Assembly: GCF_006345805.1 (NCBI RefSeq)
Contig: NC_043009.1
Span: forward strand, 16,864,001 to 16,928,000
DNA length: 64,000 nt
Source: Octopus sinensis
Lineage: Eukaryota
Reading direction: 5' to 3'
The notes under the pieces: model-generated
Told to the model about the DNA's origin: nothing
Seen by the model: the letters and a program-made list of their open reading frames with translations, nothing else
Databases searched by the model: none
Made by a program: the position numbers and the translations under genes
In this document: positions 34,940 through 47,419 of the stretch, piece by piece
How positions within the stretch are numbered: the stretch's first letter is position 1
Layout of the letters: each line of letters starts with the position of its first letter

Positions 34940-35037
34940 GTAAGATTGGCTCTCAAGTCATTGTGCCATACAGGGGCGAGGCATCTGAAGTGTTACGACT
35001 CAAACTATGTGGTGACCTTGGACAGATTCTCTTCTTT
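34940..35037 (+). CDS. NDUFA9: NDUFA9 exon 3
   Basis: ttttgtag|GT...TTT|gtatgt. GKIGSQVIVPYRGEASEVLRLKLCGDLGQILFF. Confidence 0.96.
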
Positions 35038-35400
35038 GTATGTATCTTTTATGTCTTTATAAAATTCTATTGTTTCATAATTGTCAGATCTGAATATTTA
35101 TATTTAAATAGTTTGAGTTAGATTTTGTTTTTTCTTTAATATTTCTTTGTGTTTTTATTCAGTTTTATTTTATTTTTACCGTAACATCTTAATTCAAAAA
35201 TAAAATTCTTAACTACATTTTTTACTGAAGTGTGACAAAATTCTCTTGGAGTTTTACCACATCACTACTGTTTCAATCACATGTAACCTAGTCAAAAATA
35301 TATTTTATTATTGTTGTATAAGTTTTATGATAGATATACAATAGTTCTAACTTCTTTCTGAATCTAGTATAACTCTTGTGATTTCTCTCATGCTTGGTAG

Positions 35401-35492
35401 CCATACAACTTGAGGGATGATGAGTCTATCCAAAAAGTCATGAAGTATTCTAATGTTGTCATCAATATGGTCGGTCGTGACTGGGAAACAAG
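35401..35492 (+). CDS. NDUFA9: NDUFA9 exon 4
   Basis: ttggtag|CCA...AG|gtatgt. PYNLRDDESIQKVMKYSNVVINMVGRDWETR. Confidence 0.96.
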
Positions 35493-36069
35493 GTATGTAT
35501 CTAAACTAATGTTTCTAATATAATTTGTGTTCTGTAAGGGTATAAGCTTCTACACTTCAGCTGTTTTAGTGTTGTCTGTCATCTTTCTCAATATCTCTTT
35601 CTATCATTTCTACTTTCAACTTCCCTGCTTTCTTTTCATCGTCATGTTAAAAAATAGCCATTGTCTACAGTATAATGGCTGAGTGGTTAAAACATCAGGT
35701 TTACCATCATGAGGTTGTGAGTCTGAATCCCGGACCTGGAAGTATGTTGTGTTCTTGAGCAAGACACTTTATTTTATGTTCCAGTTCAACATTACTGGTG
35801 CCAAGTTGTATCACCTTTGCCTTTTCCTTGGACAATATCAGTGGATGACCAAAGGGGGTCTTTTTACTATACAATGCTGTGTTTTAGTCATCTTGAAACA
35901 GGGGGTAAAGATAGTAGGGTGAGGATAATATGATTAATGTTTACTTTATACCATTGCTAATTAGTTGGACAGAAATGTAGGAATTTTGTAAATGAGATTG
36001 TTCGAAAATCATTGATACCTCTCTTGTAGGCACTTGTGATATTATCTTTTACATGTTTCAGTTATTAGA

Positions 36070-36415
36070 GTGCTGCCATGCTGGGGCATGAGGTTTTCAG
36101 GGAAATAAATCAACCCCAGGACTCATTTCTTGTTAAGCCTGGTACCTATTCTATTGGCTCTTTTTGCTGAACCACTAAGTTACAGCGACATAAACACACC
36201 AACGCCAATTCTCAAGCCGTACTGGGGGACAAACACAGACACACACACACTTCATACACAACAAGCTTCTTTCAGTTTCCGTCTACCAAATACTCTCACA
36301 AGGCTATGGTCAGCCTGAGGCTGTAGTTGAAGACTCTTGCCCAAGGTGCCTTGCAGTGTAACTGAACCCAGAACCATGTGATTGGGAAGCAAGCTTTTTA
36401 CCACACAGCCACATC
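36070..36415 (-). mobile_element. SINE family A copy
   Basis: Reverse complement of the head and tail of 12615-13055. Confidence 0.8.
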
Positions 36416-37148
36416 TATGACTTTACTATAATTTTCCAGTATGTTTCTCATCATTGTTGCCTGTATCAATTCCAGGTGGATATATTTTCTTACATTTGAT
36501 AAAATAAGAAAGAGGAGAGGTTTTCTTGACTGAAGAGTTATAAGAAGATGACAAGCCAAGTACAAATCTGTATTGCCATTATGCTGGGTCTTATAATGGT
36601 TCGATCTTTGAACCATTTTAGAATTCAGCATATGCTATGATTCTGTTACCAATGCAAAATATTGAAATGCTTACAACTGGCTGGTACCCACTATAAGTGA
36701 TATTAAGTTAAGAGAAATATTTGTTGGGATGTGAGGAGACCAAAATAAAACAATTGACAACACAAAGCCAACTTTAAACAGAGATATTGTGTAATGTCAT
36801 GTGTGTAGGAAGCTATGTTGTTGCTTCTAGTAATAACCATGAGGTACTTGTTAGATTACCAAGGCCTGTAGTAAACATCAGTGAAACAAAGTAGTGGTAA
36901 CCTTGACCATGAAATATACTGTAATGGTAATCAGAGTGGTGAAAAACATGTAGGCAAAAACAGAGATAATAGTAGTAACCATGCCAATGAACATCTCCGT
37001 TCATAATAGTACCCACGACCATAATAGTGTTAATCATGATTGTTACCGCAGCAGTGAATGTTATAACAGTTGTAGCCATTGCAATCAAAAATATAAGATA
37101 TAACGATGCCATTGTCTCACTGGCTGTTATTCACCTTTGTGCTTTCAG

Positions 37149-37311
37149 GAACTTTAAATTCAATGATGTCCATGTTGATGGTGCTCGCAGAATTGCTCGT
37201 CTTGCCAGGGAGTGTGGTGTAGAAAGACTCATCCATTTCTCCTCTCTTAATGCTAGCCCAGATCCTCAAAAAATTTTTATGAAGACAGGATCCGAGTTCT
37301 TAAAATCCAAG
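37149..37311 (+). CDS. NDUFA9: NDUFA9 exon 5
   Basis: ctttcag|G...AAG|gttagt. NFKFNDVHVDGARRIARLARECGVERLIHFSSLNA...SEFLKSK. Confidence 0.97.
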
Positions 37312-37915
37312 GTTAGTATTTCTGACTGCTGTATACTGTTTATGACAATTGCTTTATCCATTTTCCATTATTTGCTTCAGTCAAGGAATTCAGCAAAATC
37401 AGATAATTCCATGAACTCTTGTGTAAGAAAAGAGTTCGATATTGACATGGTCCACCACTAACCTACTCATCACTGGTCACTTTGGACTCTGCTCTATTGT
37501 GATAGTGTTTTTGCTTACTGATGAAGGAGACAAGCATCATATTGATCTCAATGGAAGATGTCCTTGGAATCTTTGTTCAAGGAGTCGATACAGATTTGGC
37601 TTCATGATGTCTAGGTTGTATGTAGATAACACTCTAGTGAGACAGGTTAGCCAAATATGGGAGGTGCTACCATCTGTACCGAAGTGTACCTTTGTTGGAG
37701 GTAACAGCATGTGGATCATTGAGGAAGAGTGTGAGGGACAAAGCCCAACCCAGGAGCACACCAGAGTTAACATTGTGTAGGCCAGAGAGTGCTCCATGAG
37801 TACACATTGTCATAACAGGGACTGAACACGTGTCTTTATTTACTTAATCCTTCGGTTACCTCTTCAGGGTTACTGCAAGTTTTTATTTGGTCTCTTTTTA
37901 CCTAATGGTTTAGAA

Positions 37916-38065
37916 CAGTGGTTCCCAACCTTTTCAATACCAAGGACCCCTTTTAATGGGCTTATCCTTTTGTGTGTGTGTTTGTGTATATATATGTATA
38001 AAATTTTGACTTTAGTTCATGGACCACCAGTACTACTTTTGTGGACCACAGGTGGGGAACCACTG
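37916..38065. mobile_element. hAT (Charlie-type) MITE, 150 bp
   Basis: TIR CAGTGGTTCCCAACCT/AGGTGGGGAACCACTG. Perfect 8-bp TSD GTTTAGAA at 37908-37915 and 38066-38073. Confidence 0.9.
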
Positions 38066-38219
38066 GTTTAGAAGATGTTTATTACCCAAGTAAGATACTG
38101 AATTCTAGGTGTTTGGATGTTATCACCTTTATCCTGCAAAACAATTATAATTTGCTTCAAATACCACTCTTGTAGCAATTCTTCACAGTCTTCATGATTG
38201 ATTCTTATTTTTCATTCAG

Positions 38220-38328
38220 CATGAAGGGGAGTTAGCAGTACGTGAAGAATTTCCTGATGCAACCATCTTCCGTCCTTCGGATATATATGGCTCTGAAGAT
38301 CGATTCTTACGTTATTACGCTAGTGGGT
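38220..38328 (+). CDS. NDUFA9: NDUFA9 exon 6
   Basis: cattcag|CAT...T|gtaagt. [36 protein letters not shown]. Confidence 0.97.
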
Positions 38329-38547
38329 GTAAGTAAGATGTTTTATTTTGATTCAGAAATAATGTTTCTTTATACCTGATGACACTGTTTTTACACCTTC
38401 TGTATGTCTTCTCCTTTGTTCCTTAATATTATTTACTAAATCTCAAGTACTTTGCTCCCCTCCTCACACCTATTGTTACTTTGTCGTCTTCTAATTTTAT
38501 GATTACTATCAATGAAGTAATGCTATGTTTTTTGTTTGTTCATGTAG

Positions 38548-38615
38548 GGCGTCGTGGTAGGGGGCATCTCCCGTTATGGAAGAAAGGCACTGAAACAATC
38601 AAAGCACCTGTGTTT
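38548..38615 (+). CDS. NDUFA9: NDUFA9 exon 7
   Basis: catgtag|GG...TTT|gtaagt. WRRGRGHLPLWKKGTETIKAPVF. Confidence 0.95.
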
Positions 38616-39879
38616 GTAAGTTTTGCATTCACTTTGATGATGTTGGAAATATTTTACACAATATCTGTATTTAATAATATTTTGAAGAGTTTTGGAATCT
38701 TTTTTTGTGTGTGCAGCATATCTATACTACAATATTTGTTGTTACACAACAGAATAGGTCTACACAGTATCTCCCATGAATTTTTACTGTTATTTGCTTT
38801 GTGCAGAAAACCTAAAACCTCTTAATTCAAAATTAAAATTCTTAAATTCATTGCCCTTGTTCAATGTAAGATATGGGTATTTGATTCTGCGCAAAGACCA
38901 CAAATACATTTTGCTTCTGTCATACATTCAGGTGTAATGCTGCCACTTAAATTTTAATTATATATACATACACACACACACACACACACACATAGATTGT
39001 ACTGTGATATCTTGTAGAAACCTTTTATATAGATTTACTTCTGCACGATATTAATCTTTTGAGACCTGATGTGGTTTTCCAAATATTGCATGCAATATAA
39101 ATAATATAATGCTGTTACATTTCACATCTACATACAAAATGATCTTGTATATAAGTATATGAATTTATTACTAAATACACTTGCATACATGTCTTGTTTT
39201 ACATAGCAACCAGTTTCATATCTGTTATAAACAGTCTGTCTAATAGTGATATATCTATTGCATGGCATCTGATAGAAACCATTGTCCATACAGTACACAT
39301 GTTTATTCTCATGAAATATGATTTTTTTAGTTTTTGTAAAGAATAGCTTATCTGGAGTTACGAACACATTTGATAACTGTAAATGGTAAGCGGATGAAGA
39401 TGCAGAGAATTTGGATATAGGGTCCACAATAAACAAAGAAAGATTCAAGACCAAAAGATATTTCATTGAGTATAAAAAGTCTGGCTATAAAGTGTAACTG
39501 GAAGGCAAATGCATATTTTGTTTCAGAAATATACATTTACCGTCCAGTATATCTGAGCATTCTGCATGGTTGGGAAATATGATGACAGTAACAGATGAAA
39601 GATTGCTAATTCCATCCAGAACTAGAATGTCAGGAATGTCTTGAGGATAAGTTGTATCAAAAGTAGTAGATGATGCCCCTTATATCAATGGAATAAGGAC
39701 ACAAACCCAAAAGGTTAAGTCTTATGGTTTTGTGTTGACAAGAAGTCTGAAGACAGCCTAGTGACATAGTTGAGGAGGAAGGACCAGTTTCTGATGGAAC
39801 CAAGTAATTCAGAACAGAGCCAGATATGAAATTCTTATGGCTCTCTTTGTGACTTGTTGTTCAGAGTGAATTAAGTCTA

Positions 39880-42095
39880 AACTAGGAGACAGGTATATCT
39901 AGCCAAAGGAGAAGCAGAAAAAAAGTTTTCCCATGTTCAGTGACTTGAGGACTAAAGATTTGAAGTGTTTCGGATTGCAAGAAACTGTGTGAGAGAAAAT
40001 TGTAATGTCATAGGAGAGAAATGTGTCCACATGGATGATGGTGCACTTGCATTTAATGATTCTGCAAAGAAAGAGGCTTGGAGAAGCCATTATGAAAGAC
40101 TGTTGAATGTGGAGAATGAATGGGAGAGAAGAGTCTACTAAATGGTAACCCAACTGAGGGACCAGCTATCCAAATTAACAGTAACTTGGTAGATAAAGCA
40201 ATTAAGGATAAGAAGACAAGGAAAATCCCCAGCCCATCAGGAATCACCACTGAAATGCTTAAAATATCTGGCAGTGTGTGTTATGGTCTAGTCATCTGTT
40301 TTGTAAATCAGATGGTTCACGAAGGAGTCATACCCATAGTCAACTGCTACAAAGATAAAGGTGATACCTTAGAAATAATTACAGAGGTATCAAATTGTTG
40401 GATCAGGTGATGAAAGTTATGGAGAGGGTCATAGCCCAACTAATCAAGGAGAGAGTTAGCCTAGATGAGATGCAGTTTGGTTTTGTGCCAGGGAGAAGCA
40501 CCACTGATGCTATATTTCTGGTAATTCAGCTGCATGAGAAATACATAGCCAAAGATAAACCTCTGTACTTGGCTTTTATTGACTTGGAGAAAGCCCTTGA
40601 CAGAGTTACCTGATCCCTTATTTAGTAGTCAATGTAGAAACTACTAATAGACAAGTGGTTGGTGAGAGCTGTACAAGCCATTGTACAGGGATGCTACCAG
40701 TAAGGTGAGGGCTGGCAACAAGTATAGCAAAGAATTCAGGGTACAAGTAGGGCTTCATCAAGGATTGATCCTCAGCCCCGACTTGTTCATCATAGTCCTT
40801 CAGGCAATAACAGAGAAATTTAAGACAGGTTGCCCCTGGGAGCTCCTCTGTACTGATAACATTGTTCTTATAGCAGGATCATTACCAAAACTAAAGAAGT
40901 TCCAGGTATGGAAGCAAGGTCTAGAATCGAAGGGCCTTAGTTGACAAGAAAAAACCAAAGTCTTTGTAAGTAGGAAGGCAGACAAATTACAAATCCTTTC
41001 AGGCAGATGGCCCTGCTCGATCTGTAGAAAAGGCGTAGTTAGAAACTCCATAAGATGTACCTGCTGTAAGCTTTGGACACATAAGAGGTGCAGCAATATC
41101 AGAGGAAGGTTAACAGGGAAAATAGCTTTTGAGTTTGGCAGATACACAGGTACAATAAACACAGAAAATGTACAGAAAATAGACTCCATCAACTGCCAGG
41201 GGTTTAAGCTAGCAGTAGTAGATTGCTTCTGTTATCTAGGTGACCAAATTAGTAGTGGAGGTGAATGCTCAGAGAGCATAGCTGTAAGAATAAGAATAGG
41301 CTGGGCAAAGTTCAGAGAGCTCCTAGCTCTGCTGGCAGCAAAAGGCCTCTCGCTCAAAGTGAAAAATTGTATGATGTCTGTGTGCTAACAGCTATGCTAC
41401 ACAGCAGTGAAACATAGTCTATGACAGCTGAGGATGTGTGTAGGCTTGAAAGAAACGAAGCCAGTATGCTTTGCTGGATGTACAGTATCAGTGTGTCTGT
41501 TCAATAGAGTGTAAGCATCTTGAGAGAGAAAAGTTGGGCATAAGAGGCATCAGGTGTGGTGTGCAAGAAAGATGACTGCTGCTATGGTCATGTGATGCAT
41601 ATGGACAAGGATAGCTGTGTAAAGATCTCTAACTGTGGGGGGAACTTGTGTCTGATGCTGGTGTCATATAACTGGCACCCGTGCTAGTGGCACACAAAGA
41701 GCACTTTTCAAGCATTGGGCCTCATGGAGTCAAAATGGCTAATGCCGGTGGCATGTGAAAAGTTCCTTTCGAGTGTTGGGCCCTACGGAGGCAATGACAA
41801 ATGACCAAGACCTTTGGCATTATGTCCTGCTTGAGAAGACCCATCAAGCCAAGTCGAATTGCAGTCGAGGCAGATACTGATTTCATGCAAATGAAATTTG
41901 CTAGTGGCATGTGCTAGTGGCATGTAAAAACACCCATTACTCTTTTGGAGTGGTTAGCATTAGGAAGGGCATCCAGCTGTAGAAGCCATGCCAAATCAGA
42001 CACTTGGGTCTGCTACAGCTTTCCAGCTTGCTAGCACTGGTCAAACCGTCCAACTCATGCTAAGATGTGCAATGGACATTAAATGATGATGATGA
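39880..42095 (+). mobile_element. 5'-truncated RTE-clade LINE in NDUFA9 intron 7
   Basis: MQFGFVPGRSTTDAIFLV..DLEKALDRV and LHQG..LSP, with stops and frameshifts. Ends gacattaaatgatgatgatg. Confidence 0.92.
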
Positions 42096-42294
42096 TTCAT
42101 TGCCTAAATATACATTTGATTCATATTTGTTGGTTTGTTAAAGCAGAAACTGATGGATAAAGAGTATATTCCAAGATGATGAAGCAAAATTTTTAAAATG
42201 ACTGTAGAATGAATGAATTTTAAAGATAGGAATAAGAATAATTTATTACGTTGGGCTGGATAGTTCTAAAATTTCAGACATTCCATTTACCTTT

Positions 42295-42640
42295 TACTTT
42301 TTTTAGTCATTTGATTGTGGCCATGCTGGGGTCACTGCCTTGAAGGGTTTTAGTTGAATGATCAACCCCAGAACTTCCTTTTTTTTTAAGCCTAGTACTT
42401 ATTCTATTGGCCTCTTTTGCTGAACTGCTAAGTTATGGGGACATAAACACAAACACATACACACACACACACACACAAATACATATATATGAGCTTCTTT
42501 CAGTTTCCATCTACCATATCCACTCACAAGGCTTTGGTCAGCCTGAGGCTTTAGTAGAAGACACTTGCCCAAGGTGCCAAGTAGTGGAATTGAACCTGAA
42601 CCATGTGTTTGAGAAGCAAGCTTCTTACCACAGCCACACC
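42295..42640 (-). mobile_element. SINE family A copy
   Basis: Reverse complement of 12615-13055 with internal (CA)n. Confidence 0.8.
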
Positions 42641-42756
42641 TGCACCTTTGCATAAATTCTTGATTCAGATCTTTGTATATAACTAAATGTGCCTTTCCTA
42701 TTTGTATAAATATTGTCCTAATTATTTTCCTACATGTTTTGTCTCTCTCTTTACAG

Positions 42757-42833
42757 GTATCTGATGTAGCTGAAGGTATCATGAATGCCATAAAAGATCC
42801 AGCTTCAATTGGACAGACCTATGAAGCCATTGG
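42757..42833 (+). CDS. NDUFA9: NDUFA9 exon 8
   Basis: ctttacag|GTA...GG|gtgtgt. VSDVAEGIMNAIKDPASIGQTYEAIG. Confidence 0.95.
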
Positions 42834-43379
42834 GTGTGTTGCTCACACTTTACGTTATTATTCAAATTATTTGCCTCCTTTCTCTGCTCAGATTCTTTGT
42901 ATTATATTTTGTAAATTTACCTGTAACCAGTTAGACAAATATTTTACCTTTCTGCTAAGCACTTGACTGAAATGCAGACTAAAGCAAGCCAACAATGTCT
43001 TAACTAGGAACACACCTCAATGGTTATGGCTGAATTTTTGATCCCTTGTCCAGTATTTTAACTGTCTCCCCACTTCATCATGTTTGAAATTTCTGTCTTT
43101 GACAGAAGAAAGAAATATTCATAATTTTTTATCACAATTCCAGTATATGAACTCCGTAACATTTTCTGCACTATTGTATCACATTTCCCTTCACTCCATC
43201 ACATTCTCCTCATCTTGTACATCATATCTTCTCCACTGCTATACTTCTTCCCACCACTCCTACTACATCACATCTTCCTACCACCAATTCTGTCCTGCAT
43301 CACTGAGGTGTTGTGTTCTGTTTATGTAGTTTATACTTCTAGATAAGCAAATTCTATAATATATTATAAGGACATGCAA

Positions 43380-43605
43380 AAGGCACCTGTACCAGTGACA
43401 CAAAAAAGGGCTCCCATGCCAGTGTCATGTAAAAGACACCCAGTGCACTTTGTAAGGTGGCTGGCATTAGAAAAGGCATCCAGCCACAGAAACCAAGGGA
43501 AAACAGATGACTGGAGCTTGGTGCAGCTCTCTAGCTTACCAGCCTTGGTTAAGCTGGATAACCCATGCCTGTATGGAAAACAGGCATTAAATGATAATGA
43601 TGTTG
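43380..43605 (+). mobile_element. RTE 3'-tail copy
   Basis: ggcattagaaaaggcatccagcc...acccatgcctgtatggaaaacaggcattaaatgataatgatg. Confidence 0.75.
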
Positions 43606-43785
43606 ATAAAAGCTTTCTCGCAATAACCTTCAAGTCCTAAACAGATTATAAATTGAATTTCATCTTTCTTCAGGAATCATAAACCATTGCTAGATTTTGT
43701 TAAAAGATATCTTTTGGCATTCTCACTCATCAGATACTGTATCTATTTATTAATAAATTCTATTTTCACATTTTTTTCTTTTCAG

Positions 43786-43881
43786 TCCCAATCGTTATTA
43801 TCTTTCTGATTTAATGGATTATTTTTATAATATTCTACGATGGAGAGGATACAAGAGAATTCCAATATCTCCAGTCTTCTT
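43786..43881 (+). CDS. NDUFA9: NDUFA9 exon 9
   Basis: ttttcag|T...TT|gtaagt. PNRYYLSDLMDYFYNILRWRGYKRIPISPVF. Confidence 0.93.
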
Positions 43882-44389
43882 GTAAGTTGTATTCCTCTTT
43901 CTCTGTCTAGTATGAGTGCACAGTTTTTACAGCCTTAATGTTCTGCCGTCCAATATAAGCCATTCCACACCCGCAAATTCTTGAGACCACAGATAGTTGC
44001 AAGCTGTCACATTGTTGCTAAGCCTACAGTGGATTGCAAGTGTAAGTTAGGGCACTCTCAGTAAGTGGGAAAAAGAGTTGATGATAATGTAGATGACAAT
44101 AACAGCCAAGATGCTGGTGAAAATGATGATGTCACATTTTATTTTAGAAAAGTTGACCAAACTGGAATGTTAGCATTTTTGTTTCTGGTTTAAAAGCCAA
44201 CTTTGTTTAATTAGAAAGTTCATCTGTTGTCTGTCAACTATCTGAGAGTCTTTGAATATCGTAGCTACTGTTTTTTTATATGAATAAGGGATTTGAATTG
44301 CCCACCTCTTTAACTGAGCAGCTTTGGGTTATATGTAAGTCAATTACGAGCCCCTGGCGACTGAGGCTTATTCACTGTAACTTTCATAC

Positions 44390-44820
44390 AGGTGTAGCTA
44401 AGTTCACTTCTTAACCATGTGATGGTACCTTGGGCAAATGTCTTCTACTATAGCCCAAAGATGACCATAGCCTTGTGAATGGATTCAGTTGATGAAAACT
44501 GAAGGAGCTCGCGTGTATGTGTGAATTTGTGTAAGTGAGCTTGTATTTCCCTCATGTTCACTGGTATGTAAATAATGTCATTGTCATGCAGACTACTGCA
44601 AAAGGATGTAAACAAAAGGCTCCTTAAACAATGTTATTTCCAGTTTCCTACGTAAATATGCTTGGGATTTTGTTAGACTGTGAGATTATTACCTCTCTGG
44701 GAAATCGGTGGGCTTTTAGCAACAGGATGAGTATCTGGGCACAGAAAACCACTGCCTCAATGTTCTCTTGATCCATGCAAGCATGGAAAAGTGTACATTA
44801 AAGCAATGATGATGATGCTG
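44390..44820 (+). mobile_element. SINE family A head with another distinct tail
   Basis: Head matches 12615-12772. Body differs and ends gcatggaaaagtgtacattaaagcaatgatgatgatg. Confidence 0.6.
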
Positions 44821-45696
44821 AAAATTTTCTAAATCAAAGGCTTAGTCTTGTCTGTAATGATTGAGCAGAAAATACCTTAAAAAGTATTTGTTTATTCAGT
44901 TGCTTATAGTGCTTTATTTGTGGTCAGATTTTTGTGAAAATTAGTGATAGTGTGGGAGAAAAACTTTTGATGTAAGCTATCATTTGTGTTAAAAATAACA
45001 TGCATGTGTGATTGTTCATTAATCTCATAATAATTAAAAATATGCACTAAAAAGGATGATGGTGATTAACGCATTTAGTAATAGACATGGAAATACAAAC
45101 AGCACAAACAAAATTTGTTTTTTCCTGAGGTTTAGTAGATTATTCATTATTGCACCTAAAGGTAAGCTGTAACTCTTATTGAAAACAACATACCCAGGTA
45201 TGCATAAATTTTATCATTTGTAGGAACAAAGTTGTTGGCTTCTGTTTATTCCACATATATAAATCACTTTGTTGGGTGATAGTACTGTTGAAAACTCAAT
45301 GGAAAGTCTAGAAAAAATATTCAACGAGCTGTTTTATTTCTAGATCACCAGCACCTGTAAGGTGTTCAGGTAATATTTCATTGAAGTGCACTTGATATAA
45401 AAAAACAAAAAAATCAAACAAGTCAGACATGATCATGCATGGGGAAAAAATAAATATATTGCTCTTGTCGTTGTCTCCAAAGCCTTGTCTGTCATTGATT
45501 CATTGATTAAACCATTGTCTAAGTTGTCTCTCGAAAATGATTAGAAGCTATTTTTGAAAGCAAATTTTGATAAAATGAAAAAGACCCCCCCCCCCCCAAA
45601 AAAAAATATGGTAAAATTTCAGTAATACTTAGTTGATGTTCATTGTTTACATTATTTACATTTGACAGATATTTGTCCTCATCTTGTTTGTTGTTA

Positions 45697-45740
45697 ACAT
45701 AATGTTTTGGCTGATACACCCTCCAGCCTTCATCAGGTGT
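45697..45740 (-). ncRNA. Decayed minimal type I hammerhead ribozyme
   Basis: Minus strand: ACAC CTGATGA A GGCTG gagggtgtat CAGCC AAAA CATT ATGT. Canonical CUGAUGA and a 5-bp stem II are intact; GAAA is mutated to AAAA. Confidence 0.7.
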
Positions 45741-45794
45741 CTTGGGGAAATTTCGAACCTAAGGTATTTTTCAATGTTATTATTATTACAGGTC

Positions 45795-45863
45795 ACTGCA
45801 TGGAATTGAACTTGGAATCTTGGGGTTAGTAGCCCGTACTCTTAACCACTATGCCATATGCCC
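45795..45863 (-). promoter_or_regulatory. tRNA-derived Pol III internal promoter
   Basis: A-box TGGCATAGTGG (45856-45846), B-box AGTTCAATTCC (45812-45802). Confidence 0.75.
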
Positions 45864-46917
45864 CTGGAAAATTATGGAGTGAATTTTAGGGCTTATAAAT
45901 CTAACATTTTCCTGTCCTTCCTTAATACTAATTCCCATTTGCTACTAGTGTTCTCTATTATTTTAACTTCATCCCACAGGGGGAGTTGATCTCCATTTTC
46001 CTATACATGATCAGCTATACCCGATTTATTAATATCTCCTTGAGTCTACCCTTATTTTGAGGGGGCCGCATGTTTCGCCTTTGTATAACCTACCACAACT
46101 GCATGGGATGGAGTATGCGCAGTGTTTGATCATGTTCTCTTCTATTGGTGGTTTTACTCGAAGGAGATATTCGCGAAGTGTTGTATTACTCTTGAATACT
46201 GTCCTGATGTCATATGGGCTGCATATCTTTTGTATCTTTTTGGAGAGGCCTTTCACATAGAGTAGACAGACTGTGGACAGTTTTTTGGCCTCATCTTCTC
46301 TCCTTTTCATAATTAGAGTGGATATTATACTTTTGGGGTAGTTGTTGCTTAACAGATTGTTATTGAGCTTGATCATTTCCTCGTGGTGTGTATCACGATC
46401 ACTACTTACATTCTTTGCACAATGTTTTAGGCACTGAGCAATCCCTCTCTTTACACTCTATGGATGGTGGGAATTGAAGCTGAGGTATCGTCCAGTAAAG
46501 GTCAGCTTGCAGTATATGGATGTCCTGAATCCATACTTGGTGCATGTTATTAATACATCCAGGAATGCCAGCTGATTGTCTTTTTCCTTTTCCATTGTGA
46601 ACTGTATGGATGGTTGTATTGAGTTCACATGATTTATCAGCACTTGGACATCTTCCTGGTGGGGTATCACAGCCATAGGGTTGGTTTTAGTGGTGTTGAT
46701 CCTAAAGCCAAATTCTCAAAGTATTCCATATAAATCCTTACTACTTTCCATGGTACTCCTGTTTCATTATATCTTCTTTTGCCTTATTGTATCCAATCTC
46801 CATTCACTCATATCTAGGAGTGTTATAAAACACATCCTGCATTGGCTCCTTGTATGCATCAGTGGGAATGCAATAAGTGAAGGGAATGAAAAATGAGAAT
46901 GTGTGGCTGTGAAGGAA

Positions 46918-47128
46918 CTTTTAGTATTTATATTACTCTATTAAATGTAATGATTATTCATTCAGTTTTGAATTGATCTTACATTGTCTTGTAAGTTCAA
47001 GATTTTGGTGATGTGATTATTTAGTCTTAGAATGGCATTGTAAGGTAGGTGTGAGAGGCCAGATTCCGTCAGTTTGGATATAAAACAGGATATTTGTGCC
47101 AGATATGGTTGGTGTAAATGCTAAAGGG
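46918..47128. mobile_element. Second, older copy of the piggyBac-type MITE
   Basis: Internal similarity to 10170-10390. Right end ctaaaggg+TTAA intact, left end decayed. Confidence 0.7.
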
Positions 47129-47419
47129 TTAAGGAAACTCACTAATAATGTCGTTCCCTTTAATAATCCAATTCTTAACTCACTTTCATTATACCTATAC
47201 TAGAGTTATCCCCCTTACTCCGTATTTATCACACCAACACACGTTTTCTGTTATTCAATCAGATAATTTTTCTGTCCATCTTATTTGTTGTTTGCCCCCA
47301 GTTAAAATGGTTAGTAGTTAACTAAATGTTAACTAATTTTGGTTCTGGCTAACCAAATTGAATATGCTCTGTATCCAATACTGAGTGCTTTTTGTTTGTT
47401 CATGAGCATTAAAAGCCAA

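Larger units (their letters stand above)
45630..46680 (-). mobile_element. Penelope-like element 3' part (RT thumb, GIY-YIG endonuclease, terminal region)
   Basis: INHVNSIQPSIQFTMEKEKDNQLAFLDVLI..TFTGRYLSFNSHHP; LLSNNYP; AYSIPCSCGRLYKGET (GIY-YIG); KSGIADHV. Frameshifted. Confidence 0.88.

Noticed and set aside
36813-37148. Ile/Thr/Val-rich ORFs upstream of NDUFA9 exon 5
   Set aside because: Low-complexity triplet-like intron sequence. The real exon starts at the acceptor at 37148.
37518-37560. CTGATGAAGGAGAC as another hammerhead
   Set aside because: Only a partial stem II and no GAAA or stem I. Too decayed to support.
38327-38338. Tandem donors GTGTAAGTAAG at NDUFA9 exon 6
   Set aside because: Only the 38329 site keeps the frame. 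The alternatives are common noise with no supporting evidence.
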